The notes under the pieces were generated by a model. It saw only the letters and a program-made list of their open reading frames with translations, made no database searches and was not told the DNA's origin. DNA of 64,000 nucleotides from Candidatus Ozemobacteraceae bacterium (GTDB taxonomy: Bacteria > Muiribacteriota > Ozemobacteria > Ozemobacterales > Ozemobacteraceae), in the NCBI GenBank assembly GCA_965140445.1, contig OZ223236.1, positions 1,280,001-1,344,000 on the forward strand, given 5' to 3'. The position numbers and the translations under genes were made by a program. Positions 55,568 to 64,000 of this stretch are shown piece after piece; the stretch's first letter is position 1; the number at the start of each line of letters is the position of its first letter.

Positions 55568-58500
55568 TTATCTGCTTCTAATGCCCTTATCAAGAGTTCT
55601 AATGATAAGTTTTGAACCATATACAGGAATTGTTGTTCTGAATGTTCTTTCATTTCCAACAGGTTTTCCGAAATATGGTTTGTTCCATGTCCAGTCACTC
55701 CATGGATCCATTGGATTGGAAAGCTGACCGCTGGTGTAGTAATCCCAGTCTCTGGAGTTATCTTTTGCATATATTTTTACAGGGATTGCAAGTGGATAAT
55801 CGTTAGGACTTGCACGGAAAACACCAAGGTCTTCTGTAGTTGAAGAGGCTATTGCAGTTTCACAGTTGCTTGTCCATTTGCAATTAACAGTTCTTGGCCG
55901 CTCATCGCCCATTTGGTCAAGGTATTTGTAGGTTAAAACAGCTGTTGCTTCTCCGGCATTATCACAAACTTCGGGTTTAATTGTGAACTCAACGTTGTCT
56001 TCAATGTAGTTTGGCGATAAACCATTTTCAATTTGTGCTACAAGGCCTCCATCTGAAAAGTTCTTAACGATTCCATCACCAAGTGATTTAAGGGCCTGGT
56101 AGTTTCGGCGAGGAACTTTTACTTTATTAATATATCCTTCAACACCATCTTTACCGTCTGTATTAGGGTCAGGTAGCCAATTTTTAGCTAATTCTACACC
56201 TAAATCAAGGTCGGTATTTACCAAGGCAGGGTCTTCATTGAAGATCGAGTTTACGAAATTTCCTGCATAGTAGTTGTAGTCCGGCTTCTTTTTGTCCATT
56301 TGTGCGAGACGACTTTTTACAGGGAAATAAGAGGTACTTCCGTTTTTCTTTTCGTGTAACACTCCTGAAGGAATTGGAGGGATAGTATCTTTTACATTTA
56401 AAACAAGATTAAGTTCAAGAGGAATTGGGGTGTCATCATCTGGTCTTTTCGGATCCCTGTCACTTACTTTGAGGTAGTTACCAGATGAATCGGACAGCAT
56501 TAGATAGAATTTGTAAGGCTTAATATCTTTTTTGATTGTTTTTGCTTTATCTGCAAAGATAATGTAGCCATCAGTGTTATTCGCATATCCTTTTGGAATC
56601 GTATTGTATTGGTTCAGCACTATATGGGATATTGCCATTCTATAGTCAATCTCAGCCCTATAAATATTCATTCCACTTACTGGATTTTTGTAACTGGAAG
56701 ACTGATCGGTAACTATAAGATGGGAGGTTCCCGGAGCTGCGAATTGATGAGCGTAAGGGCCATAGTCGGAGAAGTCTAATGCGCCCATTTCAGGGTCGCT
56801 GGCCATGCCTTTTTTATACATGCCAAACGGTCCTTTTTTAGGGTCAGTGATGCGTTTTGCAGACTCAAAGGTTAAAAGAGCTCTTCTATTAAGTTTTTTC
56901 GCAAAGATTGGTTTCAGGTTATATTGCGAAGTGGGAGCAGCCTTATTTTTTAGGCTTCTATTCCATTTGTAGTTATTTTTATAGGTTGTAGGATTGGTTA
57001 TTCCTACAACGTTATCAACTGCTTCCCATGGGTTGTTGTCATACATGGAGAAGGTTATATCCTTTGGATTTTTTCTGCCAGAAGGACCAACTCCTGCTTT
57101 AAGTGCTTCGCCCGTATTCCCGAAAAGGTTGTTTGGGGTGGTCTTTGCATAAAGAATTTTTGGTTTCTCCATGTCCATAATCATAAGCTTTGTTTTAGCA
57201 ACAATCTTCATGAGTTTTGGTATGGTGCTGGTCATCTGATATGTGCCATCTGGAAGATAGCTTTGCATTTCATAGGTAAACCATCTTGTCATTGTGATTA
57301 CCATATCTGCATCGTAAGGATCTGTTGGAGGGAAATCGCCATTTGTAGTGAGAATAATAGGTTTATTCTTATCCTCTGCTTTAATTATTAGCTCTGGCTC
57401 ACCGTCTTGTTTCCAATCATACCTTTCAATTTTGAAGCTACCTTTTCCATCAGGAACTTTGTATTCAAGATATGCTGAAACACTGATTGTGTCACCGTCC
57501 CAAGCGAGATCTCCAAGTTTGTTTTCAAACACGAAGTTGGGTTTCGTATTAACAAAGAATGGACTTTTTGAATCAAGCAGCATTTTTGCAACATAGTTCT
57601 TACTGGTATTAGTAGATTTTGAAATATCGAAGAAGAGGTTAGATTGCGAAGCAACATCAACTCGCCAGTGATATGTTTTTCCAGATTCGATTCCATGATA
57701 GCCGCCTGATGGTTGTGAAGCAGATCCCTTTGGATACCAATGATTGTCATTCTTTGGATTATTAGCTCCTCCATCATCGCAACGCTGAATTCTTGCTAAT
57801 TCATACATGTCTGGATTCGGTGGGGCTGAACCGCTAACCACTATAGGAATTGCGGCGTAGGTATTGTCTGGAAGAATGTCGTTTAAGTAAGCTGTTCTAG
57901 AGGCAGCCATAAATTTAAACTCAGGTCTGGCAATAATTCTGTCCAGCTGTGAGGCTCTTGAGTCTAAAGTAAAGCCAACCGAGGAGACTGGAATCGCTTT
58001 TGCATTTGTTCTTTTAATTTTTGGTAGATCGGCAATAGTATCGCCAAAGTCTAGAAGATCATAATCATACCAATCATAGGCAACCTGACAAGTTAGAATG
58101 TATTTTCCGGGGATTGGTGAATAGAAGTATTGATAATAGTTTTGTCCGGTTGAGCTAGGGTAGGTTGGAGGGGTAATTTTAGGGGAGGCTTTTGCCGGTG
58201 AAACCATTTTACCGTAGCAATCTTCAACCATCCAGGTTCGCCAGCGATAGAAAACTCTTCCGCCTTTTGATGATGATTCCGGGCTTACAAGAGAAGAAAT
58301 GAATCCACCCATGCGACCATCATTATCCCAATCTTCCTGAGAGTTTGGATTCTGTGCCCCATCGGTTAGAGGATAGTTTTCCACCATATAGAAATATAGT
58401 TGATCAGGATTTAATGTCTTAGGTGCTGGAGAAATTAGACCCATTTTTTGATTTGTATTTCTGTTGATTGTATCTGGAAGCGGGATGTCTGTATAAGGGC

Positions 58501-60406
58501 CAATTATGTCCAGATAGGAACTTTTTCCATTTAAAGAATGAACTTGTGGTGGAGTTGGAACGTTGATAACCGAAAGCTGTGCTTTGCCTGGATCACCAAA
58601 GTTGTAGTCGTAGAAAATCCCAAGGCTACCATAGGCAAAGTCTCTCCAATCAATTTTCTTATCATCATTGCCTATTGTTGATGGCCAGCTGGCCAGGATA
58701 GCTTCAACATTGCCGTGAGGCAAAGAGCCAGAATCTCTTAACTCATACATCCCTTTTTCTGCAATACTAAAACTCACGTTATAATGACGCTCAGCATAAT
58801 TTTTTTTGCCGATTTCTTTTACTGAACCATCATAGATATTTCTTTCATAGACGGCTTTACCATATTCCTGGCGGAAGATTAAATTACCATTGATTTTGCC
58901 TTCTTCAACTGTCCAATCAGGAACGTGGAGGTAAATAGCATCGTTAAGTTTGAAATTTTTTCTTGGGTCGTAATCGGAAATGTTTTTGCTGGGATGGCTT
59001 AGGGCGAAAAACAAACTACCAAATCCATCTGCTTTAATGTCATCAATTGGACTATTACTTTTTGCACCAATCTTGCTCAGGATATCGTTCATTTTTAAAA
59101 CCTGATATCTTTCACTTGAGATTGGAGTTCCATCTTTTTCTTTACGCACAAATTTGAACAATAGCTGCTGAGCCTTGTCGTATGCGTATATGATTCCGCC
59201 TTCCTGGTTCCACTGGTTAGATACGGCAACGGCTGCAATATTCATGCTACCTGCAGATCCCGTAATTTGCTTATACCAGTCTCTAATTACACTGTTTCCA
59301 AGCGTGTAAACGTAATCTGTATTAACATCTCTCATTGAAACACCAATCCACATAGTGTCAAGAGAGTCCGGGAGGCCAATGATAGGGTTGGCTTTTTTGG
59401 GAATATAATTTGCACCATTGAGGGTAATTTCGTAACCTGATTTTTTTTGAGGGCGAGAGTAAAAGTAAGTTCGGGCTGGTTGAGATTTTATGGGGGGCAT
59501 GAAGGCCATGTCGTTATACATGGGGTCTGCAACTCCACTTCCTGAGCCGCTTGAACCACCACAGCCATCAAGACAGCCAGCGAAAATCTGGCGGGCGATT
59601 CTTTTATCATAGGAAGTTGCAACGGTATTGCCTTTGGAGCTGGAATACTTCGGTTTATCCAGATTTAAATTGTCTGGGCGCCAGGTGTAAAGCTTCCAGT
59701 AATGGGGCTGACCTTCTTCACGATCGCCAAACACTTGATAGAAATAAGTATATGGTCGCCCATACTGAGTCCTTTTTGCAACCCAGCTTGAATACCAGCT
59801 TCCATTTGGGATTTCATACCAATTTTTTCCTGGATATGCTTTTAATGGAATTCCAGGAATGTCAGGCAACACATCGCCAGATTGGGCTGGTATTTTTTTT
59901 CCCGGTCCACCAGATTTAAAGTATGGCCAGGCGCCGCTGCCGTTTCGGCGAATGTTTCTATTTACAGGACCTACACGATAAACAGTTGTGTTCTTTCCCC
60001 AACTCCTGTGATCATAATGGATATAAGCATGCCAACCATAGTCTGACTGGTCTGCGCTTACTGTGTCCAATACCTGTCTTTTTAGTGGTGTTGAAAGAGT
60101 TCTGTAACCATAAGATATCTCTTCGCTGAAGGTGTAAATATTTCTATTCAAATCTACCGAAAAACCAAAACTGTTAGTTGGCATAAATAGAAATTTTGGT
60201 GGGTCAAAATATTTGGTTTTCTCTGGGTTGTTTAAGCGGTAAATTCCGCGCATCCATGTAGGGCCTTCTCCGATCAGAAGGTAGCATTCTCCGTTCCTTC
60301 TGTATTCTGGCGCTAGTTCGGCATTTGCAGCCAGGGGAATTAATAGCGTTATTAATAGCAAGAACGCTATAGACGGTAGAAGTGTTCTCCTTAATTTCTT
60401 ACCCAT
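55568..60406 (-). CDS. Very large secreted protein of unknown function (candidate pilus-tip adhesin)
   Basis: ~1610-aa ORF. GGAGG precedes ATG 60406 (alternative start 60436). Signal peptide ending ANA. It is the last gene of the pilin cassette. Confidence 0.85.
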   Translation of the reverse strand: MGKKLRRTLLPSIAFLLLITLLIPLAANAELAPEYRRNGECYLLIGEGPTWMRGIYRLNNPEKTKYFDPPKFLFMPTNSFGFSVDLNRNIYTFSEEISYGYRTLSTPLKRQVLDTVSADQSDYGWHAYIHYDHRSWGKNTTVYRVGPVNRNIRRNGSGAWPYFKSGGPGKKIPAQSGDVLPDIPGIPLKAYPGKNWYEIPNGSWYSSWVAKRTQYGRPYTYFYQVFGDREEGQPHYWKLYTWRPDNLNLDKPKYSSSKGNTVATSYDKRIARQIFAGCLDGCGGSSGSGSGVADPMYNDMAFMPPIKSQPARTYFYSRPQKKSGYEITLNGANYIPKKANPIIGLPDSLDTMWIGVSMRDVNTDYVYTLGNSVIRDWYKQITGSAGSMNIAAVAVSNQWNQEGGIIYAYDKAQQLLFKFVRKEKDGTPISSERYQVLKMNDILSKIGAKSNSPIDDIKADGFGSLFFALSHPSKNISDYDPRKNFKLNDAIYLHVPDWTVEEGKINGNLIFRQEYGKAVYERNIYDGSVKEIGKKNYAERHYNVSFSIAEKGMYELRDSGSLPHGNVEAILASWPSTIGNDDKKIDWRDFAYGSLGIFYDYNFGDPGKAQLSVINVPTPPQVHSLNGKSSYLDIIGPYTDIPLPDTINRNTNQKMGLISPAPKTLNPDQLYFYMVENYPLTDGAQNPNSQEDWDNDGRMGGFISSLVSPESSSKGGRVFYRWRTWMVEDCYGKMVSPAKASPKITPPTYPSSTGQNYYQYFYSPIPGKYILTCQVAYDWYDYDLLDFGDTIADLPKIKRTNAKAIPVSSVGFTLDSRASQLDRIIARPEFKFMAASRTAYLNDILPDNTYAAIPIVVSGSAPPNPDMYELARIQRCDDGGANNPKNDNHWYPKGSASQPSGGYHGIESGKTYHWRVDVASQSNLFFDISKSTNTSKNYVAKMLLDSKSPFFVNTKPNFVFENKLGDLAWDGDTISVSAYLEYKVPDGKGSFKIERYDWKQDGEPELIIKAEDKNKPIILTTNGDFPPTDPYDADMVITMTRWFTYEMQSYLPDGTYQMTSTIPKLMKIVAKTKLMIMDMEKPKILYAKTTPNNLFGNTGEALKAGVGPSGRKNPKDITFSMYDNNPWEAVDNVVGITNPTTYKNNYKWNRSLKNKAAPTSQYNLKPIFAKKLNRRALLTFESAKRITDPKKGPFGMYKKGMASDPEMGALDFSDYGPYAHQFAAPGTSHLIVTDQSSSYKNPVSGMNIYRAEIDYRMAISHIVLNQYNTIPKGYANNTDGYIIFADKAKTIKKDIKPYKFYLMLSDSSGNYLKVSDRDPKRPDDDTPIPLELNLVLNVKDTIPPIPSGVLHEKKNGSTSYFPVKSRLAQMDKKKPDYNYYAGNFVNSIFNEDPALVNTDLDLGVELAKNWLPDPNTDGKDGVEGYINKVKVPRRNYQALKSLGDGIVKNFSDGGLVAQIENGLSPNYIEDNVEFTIKPEVCDNAGEATAVLTYKYLDQMGDERPRTVNCKWTSNCETAIASSTTEDLGVFRASPNDYPLAIPVKIYAKDNSRDWDYYTSGQLSNPMDPWSDWTWNKPYFGKPVGNERTFRTTIPVYGSKLIIRTLDKGIRSR

Positions 60407-60452
60407 ACTTGCCCTCCATACATTTTCTTTACTCATTACTCAGGTTTCCGAT

Positions 60453-61424
60453 CTATCTATTAAAAGAATTTATTGACTGTAAAATGGCATTGCTAAGATT
60501 CTGGTCTATTTTGTATGCCCGAAAAATTGAGGTCATAACTTCGTTTGTTAGATCCACACCACCAATGAAGATGTCTGTGTTAATCAAACTTGCTTGAAAA
60601 GGATTTAATACCTTTTCTCCATGAACCAACCAGTTATATGCAAGGCTGGATATATTTGAATAATATCCAGATATTGCTCCTGCATCGTTGCGAATCTCAT
60701 TTGGAAAACGAAGTGCAAAAATTTTTCCATAATCAAGTTCAGCAGGCATTACCATGTCCTTGTTGCTGGAGCTTGGTTTGCTAACCGTATTAGAATTTAA
60801 AACAACTTGAATACCTTTTTTAGTCGCAATCTGGTGTGTATACTGCTTAATCTCAGAAATAATTGCATAAAATCTTTTGTTGGTTTCCTCTGGATTGGTG
60901 TAACCAGGGTGATATGCAACCTTGTTTAGCTTGTCAATCTCTTCTTCAACCTTCATTAACTGACCGCCAAGGGATTGAAGCTTAGCATTAAAGGTCGTTT
61001 CGGAGCGATGTGAATCTAATTTGTATTGTTGTCTCTGTAATCCTGCTTGTCCTGTTGCTACTTCTGAGAGATTACTTAAATAGCTGTCTGAAAGTTTTTG
61101 CAGCTGCCTATCAAAATTTCGGTGGGTTTCTTCAATTTTACCTCTAAGGAAATTTGCTTTGTTTTCAAGTTCTGAAATTCTTGTCTGGTTTTCTTTAAGT
61201 TTTTGCTGAACCTGTTGAGGGGAGGCTTGCTTTCCTGAAAGCCTGAAAGCCTCTTTGTAGGGGTCATAACTGGCCATTGATGGATGCAGTAATATCATGG
61301 CTTTGAGATTTACTTTTCCGATGTACGCAATATCTCTTGGCCTGGCTTCTACTGATAACGAAAAAGTCACTAATAAAACTATTAGCGTTATAAACTTTAT
61401 AATATTATTTAATCTCTCGGACAT
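60453..61424 (-). CDS. Skp/OmpH-like periplasmic coiled-coil protein
   Basis: Signal peptide; IGKVNL N-terminal strand, long coiled coil, IATKKGIQVVLN and GVDLTNEV motifs. RBS lies before ATG 61424. Confidence 0.65.
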   Translation of the reverse strand: MSERLNNIIKFITLIVLLVTFSLSVEARPRDIAYIGKVNLKAMILLHPSMASYDPYKEAFRLSGKQASPQQVQQKLKENQTRISELENKANFLRGKIEETHRNFDRQLQKLSDSYLSNLSEVATGQAGLQRQQYKLDSHRSETTFNAKLQSLGGQLMKVEEEIDKLNKVAYHPGYTNPEETNKRFYAIISEIKQYTHQIATKKGIQVVLNSNTVSKPSSSNKDMVMPAELDYGKIFALRFPNEIRNDAGAISGYYSNISSLAYNWLVHGEKVLNPFQASLINTDIFIGGVDLTNEVMTSIFRAYKIDQNLSNAILQSINSFNR

Positions 61425-61445
61425 AAATTCAATTTTCTCCAATCA

Positions 61446-61937
61446 CTACTTTTTCAAAATTCGTTCGACTGAAACTATTTTAACTGCATCTTTTTGAATT
61501 AATTTCCCATATTGATCAGTATAGTTTGCATAGGCCTGGATGAGTAAAGCCTCTGTTTGCCACTTATTTTCTGTGTAAAGTGACATGCTGGCTAATTGGA
61601 TGTTTATTCCAGCATTGTTGAAAGAAGAGTTCGAGCCAGTGAAGTTAGTCATGGTAAATTCAGGGGCTTTGATTGTAAAATCATTTAAGGGGCCTTTTTG
61701 CCCAAGTTTTGCCGCATCCCAGCAGGCGTAATAGTCGGCAGGGAAAAGTTGGAACTTTAATAGCGCCAGCTCTGTTAATCCTTGAGCCAGGTAATCAAGC
61801 TTAACTCGCTCGTCAATTTGAACTGTTTGTGGCTTTGATTGCTTTGTCATTCCGCTGAAAGAAATTGCAAGCTGTAGAAGTACGACCGCAAAAGCGAGTG
61901 CCAGAACTAGTGCCATTCCTTTTTTATTATTTTTCAT
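61446..61937 (-). CDS. PilX/GspK-like minor pilin
   Basis: Class III signal KKG|MALVLALAF lacking Glu5, followed by YLAQG..ELA helix motif. Confidence 0.7.
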   Translation of the reverse strand: MKNNKKGMALVLALAFAVVLLQLAISFSGMTKQSKPQTVQIDERVKLDYLAQGLTELALLKFQLFPADYYACWDAAKLGQKGPLNDFTIKAPEFTMTNFTGSNSSFNNAGINIQLASMSLYTENKWQTEALLIQAYANYTDQYGKLIQKDAVKIVSVERILKK

Positions 61938-61938
61938 T

Positions 61939-62511
61939 TCATTGCCTCGTTCTTGCTTTAAATGAAACCAAAGTGTAGTTTTTCACTTCGTTTCTACCCG
62001 CGTCATTCCAACTAACCGAAACCGTATATTTTGAAAAAACCCCGCTAAGGTTTTTGGTAAGGGTTACAAACTTCCAGTTGCCTGGAGTGTTTGGAAATTT
62101 AGCCTTTTCGAAAGTGTCGTATGTCGGAACAGTAAAACCAATTGGTATATCTTCAACCTTGAGAGTGGCTGAAAAAAAGACTCCAGGCAGGCCTTCTAAC
62201 TCTTCTTTTGGAGTAAGCAGTAATGAAAGATTGCTGTTAGGGTCCTTTGTCCTTAAAGTCTGAGACGCAAGGCCATAAGATCTTGTTCCCCCTGGTGCGG
62301 GTTCCAGTTCACCAAATGGAAATTGTAATGCTTTGTTCAGTTTTTGCTGGCAAAGATTTACTGCCAGAATAGTTCGATTGTCTTTGTCTGTAATTTTTAC
62401 CGAATTTCCCATGACTCCAATGATGGGGATAAATGCTGCAGCCAAAATTGTCATTGCCAGCATGATTTCAGTTAGGTTAAAGCCCCTTTTGGAATTATTA
62501 GTTACTTTCAT
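61939..62511 (-). CDS. Type IV minor pilin, PilV/GspI-like
   Basis: Prepilin cleavage motif KRG|FNLTEIM with Glu5; C-terminal YTVSVSW strand. Confidence 0.8.
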   Translation of the reverse strand: MKVTNNSKRGFNLTEIMLAMTILAAAFIPIIGVMGNSVKITDKDNRTILAVNLCQQKLNKALQFPFGELEPAPGGTRSYGLASQTLRTKDPNSNLSLLLTPKEELEGLPGVFFSATLKVEDIPIGFTVPTYDTFEKAKFPNTPGNWKFVTLTKNLSGVFSKYTVSVSWNDAGRNEVKNYTLVSFKARTRQ

Positions 62512-63317
62512 TACTTTATTCCTCCAGGAGGGTGTGCCGAAACTGGAACTGTGAAGTCTATTTTGGCTTCCATCTGTTGGGAAATGGTTGTTTTTTCATG
62601 GGTTGGATTTCTCAAGGTTACTTTGAGTTGAACAGTTCTGAATGCCTCATTGTTAGCTGTTGGACTACTTCCAACTGACCAGTTTATTTCAACTCTTTTA
62701 ACATCTCTCAATTTTATTGTATAGGGAACTGATCCTAAATTATATTGAGATGGAAGGCTTCTGAATTGATTTTTATAGTTATTAAAATCTTTTTGCTCGG
62801 GTTTAAAATTAGCAATTGCTCCAAAGTAATCTATACCGTTATTGGGAACCGGGTCAGTGTTTGCATGAAAATAGAGAGTGTAAAGATTTTTTTCGGCGGG
62901 AACCAGCATTAAACAATGGAACAAAACCATTCCAGGTGCCCCAACGGGTTCCATATTGGGTTTGCAGACAGTAAAGAGCATCAAACGGGTATTGCCAGCA
63001 GCTGCGTTTATTTTATCAACCTTGTCAATTATTGATCCAGATTCAAGAACGTTGAATGCGCATGTTGCCGAAGCAACTGTTCCGCTTTGCAGTGCTGATG
63101 CATTGGAAGCTTGTTCTATTCGTTCTTTCAGGATAGCCAGAAACCTTTCGGCTTCTTTCTGTTTCTGCAGTTTCCAGCTGCCTGTGACATACATATTGCT
63201 TCCCATTCTGTAAAATGAAAAGAGGCCAGTGGCGAATATTGCAAAAACTCCGCTGGCAATAAGTATCTCAACCAGTGTGAATCCTTTTCGGACTCTTTTT
63301 CTTTCTGATTTTTTCAT
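62511..63317 (-). CDS. Type IV minor pilin, PilW/GspJ-like
   Basis: Prepilin cleavage motif RKG|FTLVEILIA with Glu5, followed by a long helix (L..LKERIEQA). Confidence 0.82.
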   Translation of the reverse strand: MKKSERKRVRKGFTLVEILIASGVFAIFATGLFSFYRMGSNMYVTGSWKLQKQKEAERFLAILKERIEQASNASALQSGTVASATCAFNVLESGSIIDKVDKINAAAGNTRLMLFTVCKPNMEPVGAPGMVLFHCLMLVPAEKNLYTLYFHANTDPVPNNGIDYFGAIANFKPEQKDFNNYKNQFRSLPSQYNLGSVPYTIKLRDVKRVEINWSVGSSPTANNEAFRTVQLKVTLRNPTHEKTTISQQMEAKIDFTVPVSAHPPGGIK

Positions 63318-63381
63318 AAACTCCCTACAGGTCTGTATAGATATTTAAGCAATTAATGTACCATAACCAGGCAAAGACTTC

Positions 63382-63999
63382 CTATTTTTCTGGTTTTTCT
63401 GGCTTTTCTGGAACAATTGAGTCAAAAGTTTTGGTATGATTTTCTATCGTTTCAAATATTGACTCTAATACCGGGAAAATTTTATTGCTTATTTTGTATT
63501 TTGAATAAATTACTTTTAACACATCCAGATCAATTCTTTTGCCACCTGAAAGAACCAGTGGATAGGGTTTCAGAGGAAGAAGATTCTGAGCCTTGGGGAA
63601 CTTTGTTAACTCAAGCCAATTAATCAGTTTAAGAGACGATGGTTCATTCTCGGCAAATTTTTGAGCTTCTTCATTTTCTGTTGCTATGAATGCGTAAAAG
63701 AGCGTTTGGTCAATTCCTGGGATTCCAATTCCGTACATTTCATTTGTTTCATAATTTTGTGGATAAGCAAATGGAACTGGAATATTTGCATTTAGAACAA
63801 CTTCAAAACCTCTTTCTTTTGCGACTTCTGCAATGGTTTCAAGGGTTTCGGATTCAATTTTATCAAGGATTTTTCTTGTTTCCTCAGGACTTGTTAAATC
63901 CTTGCAGGATAGGCAATAGTGAATCTCTTTCAGTTTTTTTCTAATGTTAGAATCCGACTCATTTAATTTTTTAAGCTGTGTTTCAAACTCTTTCGCTTT
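63382..63999 (-). CDS. Second Skp/OmpH-like protein (5'-truncated by the window edge)
   Basis: The frame of ORF 63382-63738 stays open to the window end. Manual translation gives ...LTSPEETRKILDKIESETLETIAEVAKERGFEVVLN..., matching YTNPEETNKRF...IATKKGIQVVLN of 60453-61424. Confidence 0.75.
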   Translation of the reverse strand, partial: KAKEFETQLKKLNESDSNIRKKLKEIHYCLSCKDLTSPEETRKILDKIESETLETIAEVAKERGFEVVLNANIPVPFAYPQNYETNEMYGIGIPGIDQTLFYAFIATENEEAQKFAENEPSSLKLINWLELTKFPKAQNLLPLKPYPLVLSGGKRIDLDVLKVIYSKYKISNKIFPVLESIFETIENHTKTFDSIVPEKPEKPEK

Positions 64000-64000
64000 A

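Noticed and set aside
1..64000. tRNA/rRNA genes, IS elements, prophage, alternative genetic code
   Set aside because: None was recognised by eye. Intergenic gaps are short and AT-rich, and TAA, TAG and TGA all terminate conserved genes at the expected positions.

Overview
This 64-kb window is a gene-dense, AT-rich bacterial chromosomal segment from a diderm organism (it encodes KdsD, an outer-membrane beta-barrel, Skp-like proteins and many lipoproteins). The mix of giant Ig-repeat proteins, a HEAT protein and minor pilins is reminiscent of Candidatus Riflebacteria, but that is an impression and cannot be proven here. I found no rRNA, tRNA, CRISPR array, transposase, integrase or prophage. 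Contents in order: (1) 1-16959, a tandem pair of giant secreted Ig-repeat/lectin-like paralogues offset by exactly 10,200 bp, with patchy nucleotide identity. (2) 17-35 kb, housekeeping, stress and signalling genes: tRNA methyltransferase, beta-barrel plus lipoprotein, fetAB, nitrilase, an orphan sugar-binding protein coupled to a diguanylate cyclase, yigZ, TlpA, bcp, a J-domain protein, a Schlafen/AlbA_2 protein, cupin, photolyase and a GH13 amylase. (3) 35.5-41.5 kb, a three-lipoprotein operon built from five copies of an unrecognised ~85-95 aa beta domain, expanded dockerin-like Ca-binding pairs and NHL propellers. This is the best candidate for an undescribed system, possibly a non-cellulosomal cohesin/dockerin-type surface assembly. 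(4) A HEAT protein, kdsD, a beta-helix protein, argF, an AdnAB-like double helicase-nuclease pair and an M42 peptidase. (5) 55.5-64 kb, a minor-pilin cassette flanked by two Skp/OmpH-like paralogues and ending in a ~1610-aa orphan secreted protein. All product calls come from motif recognition by eye; no searches were run.
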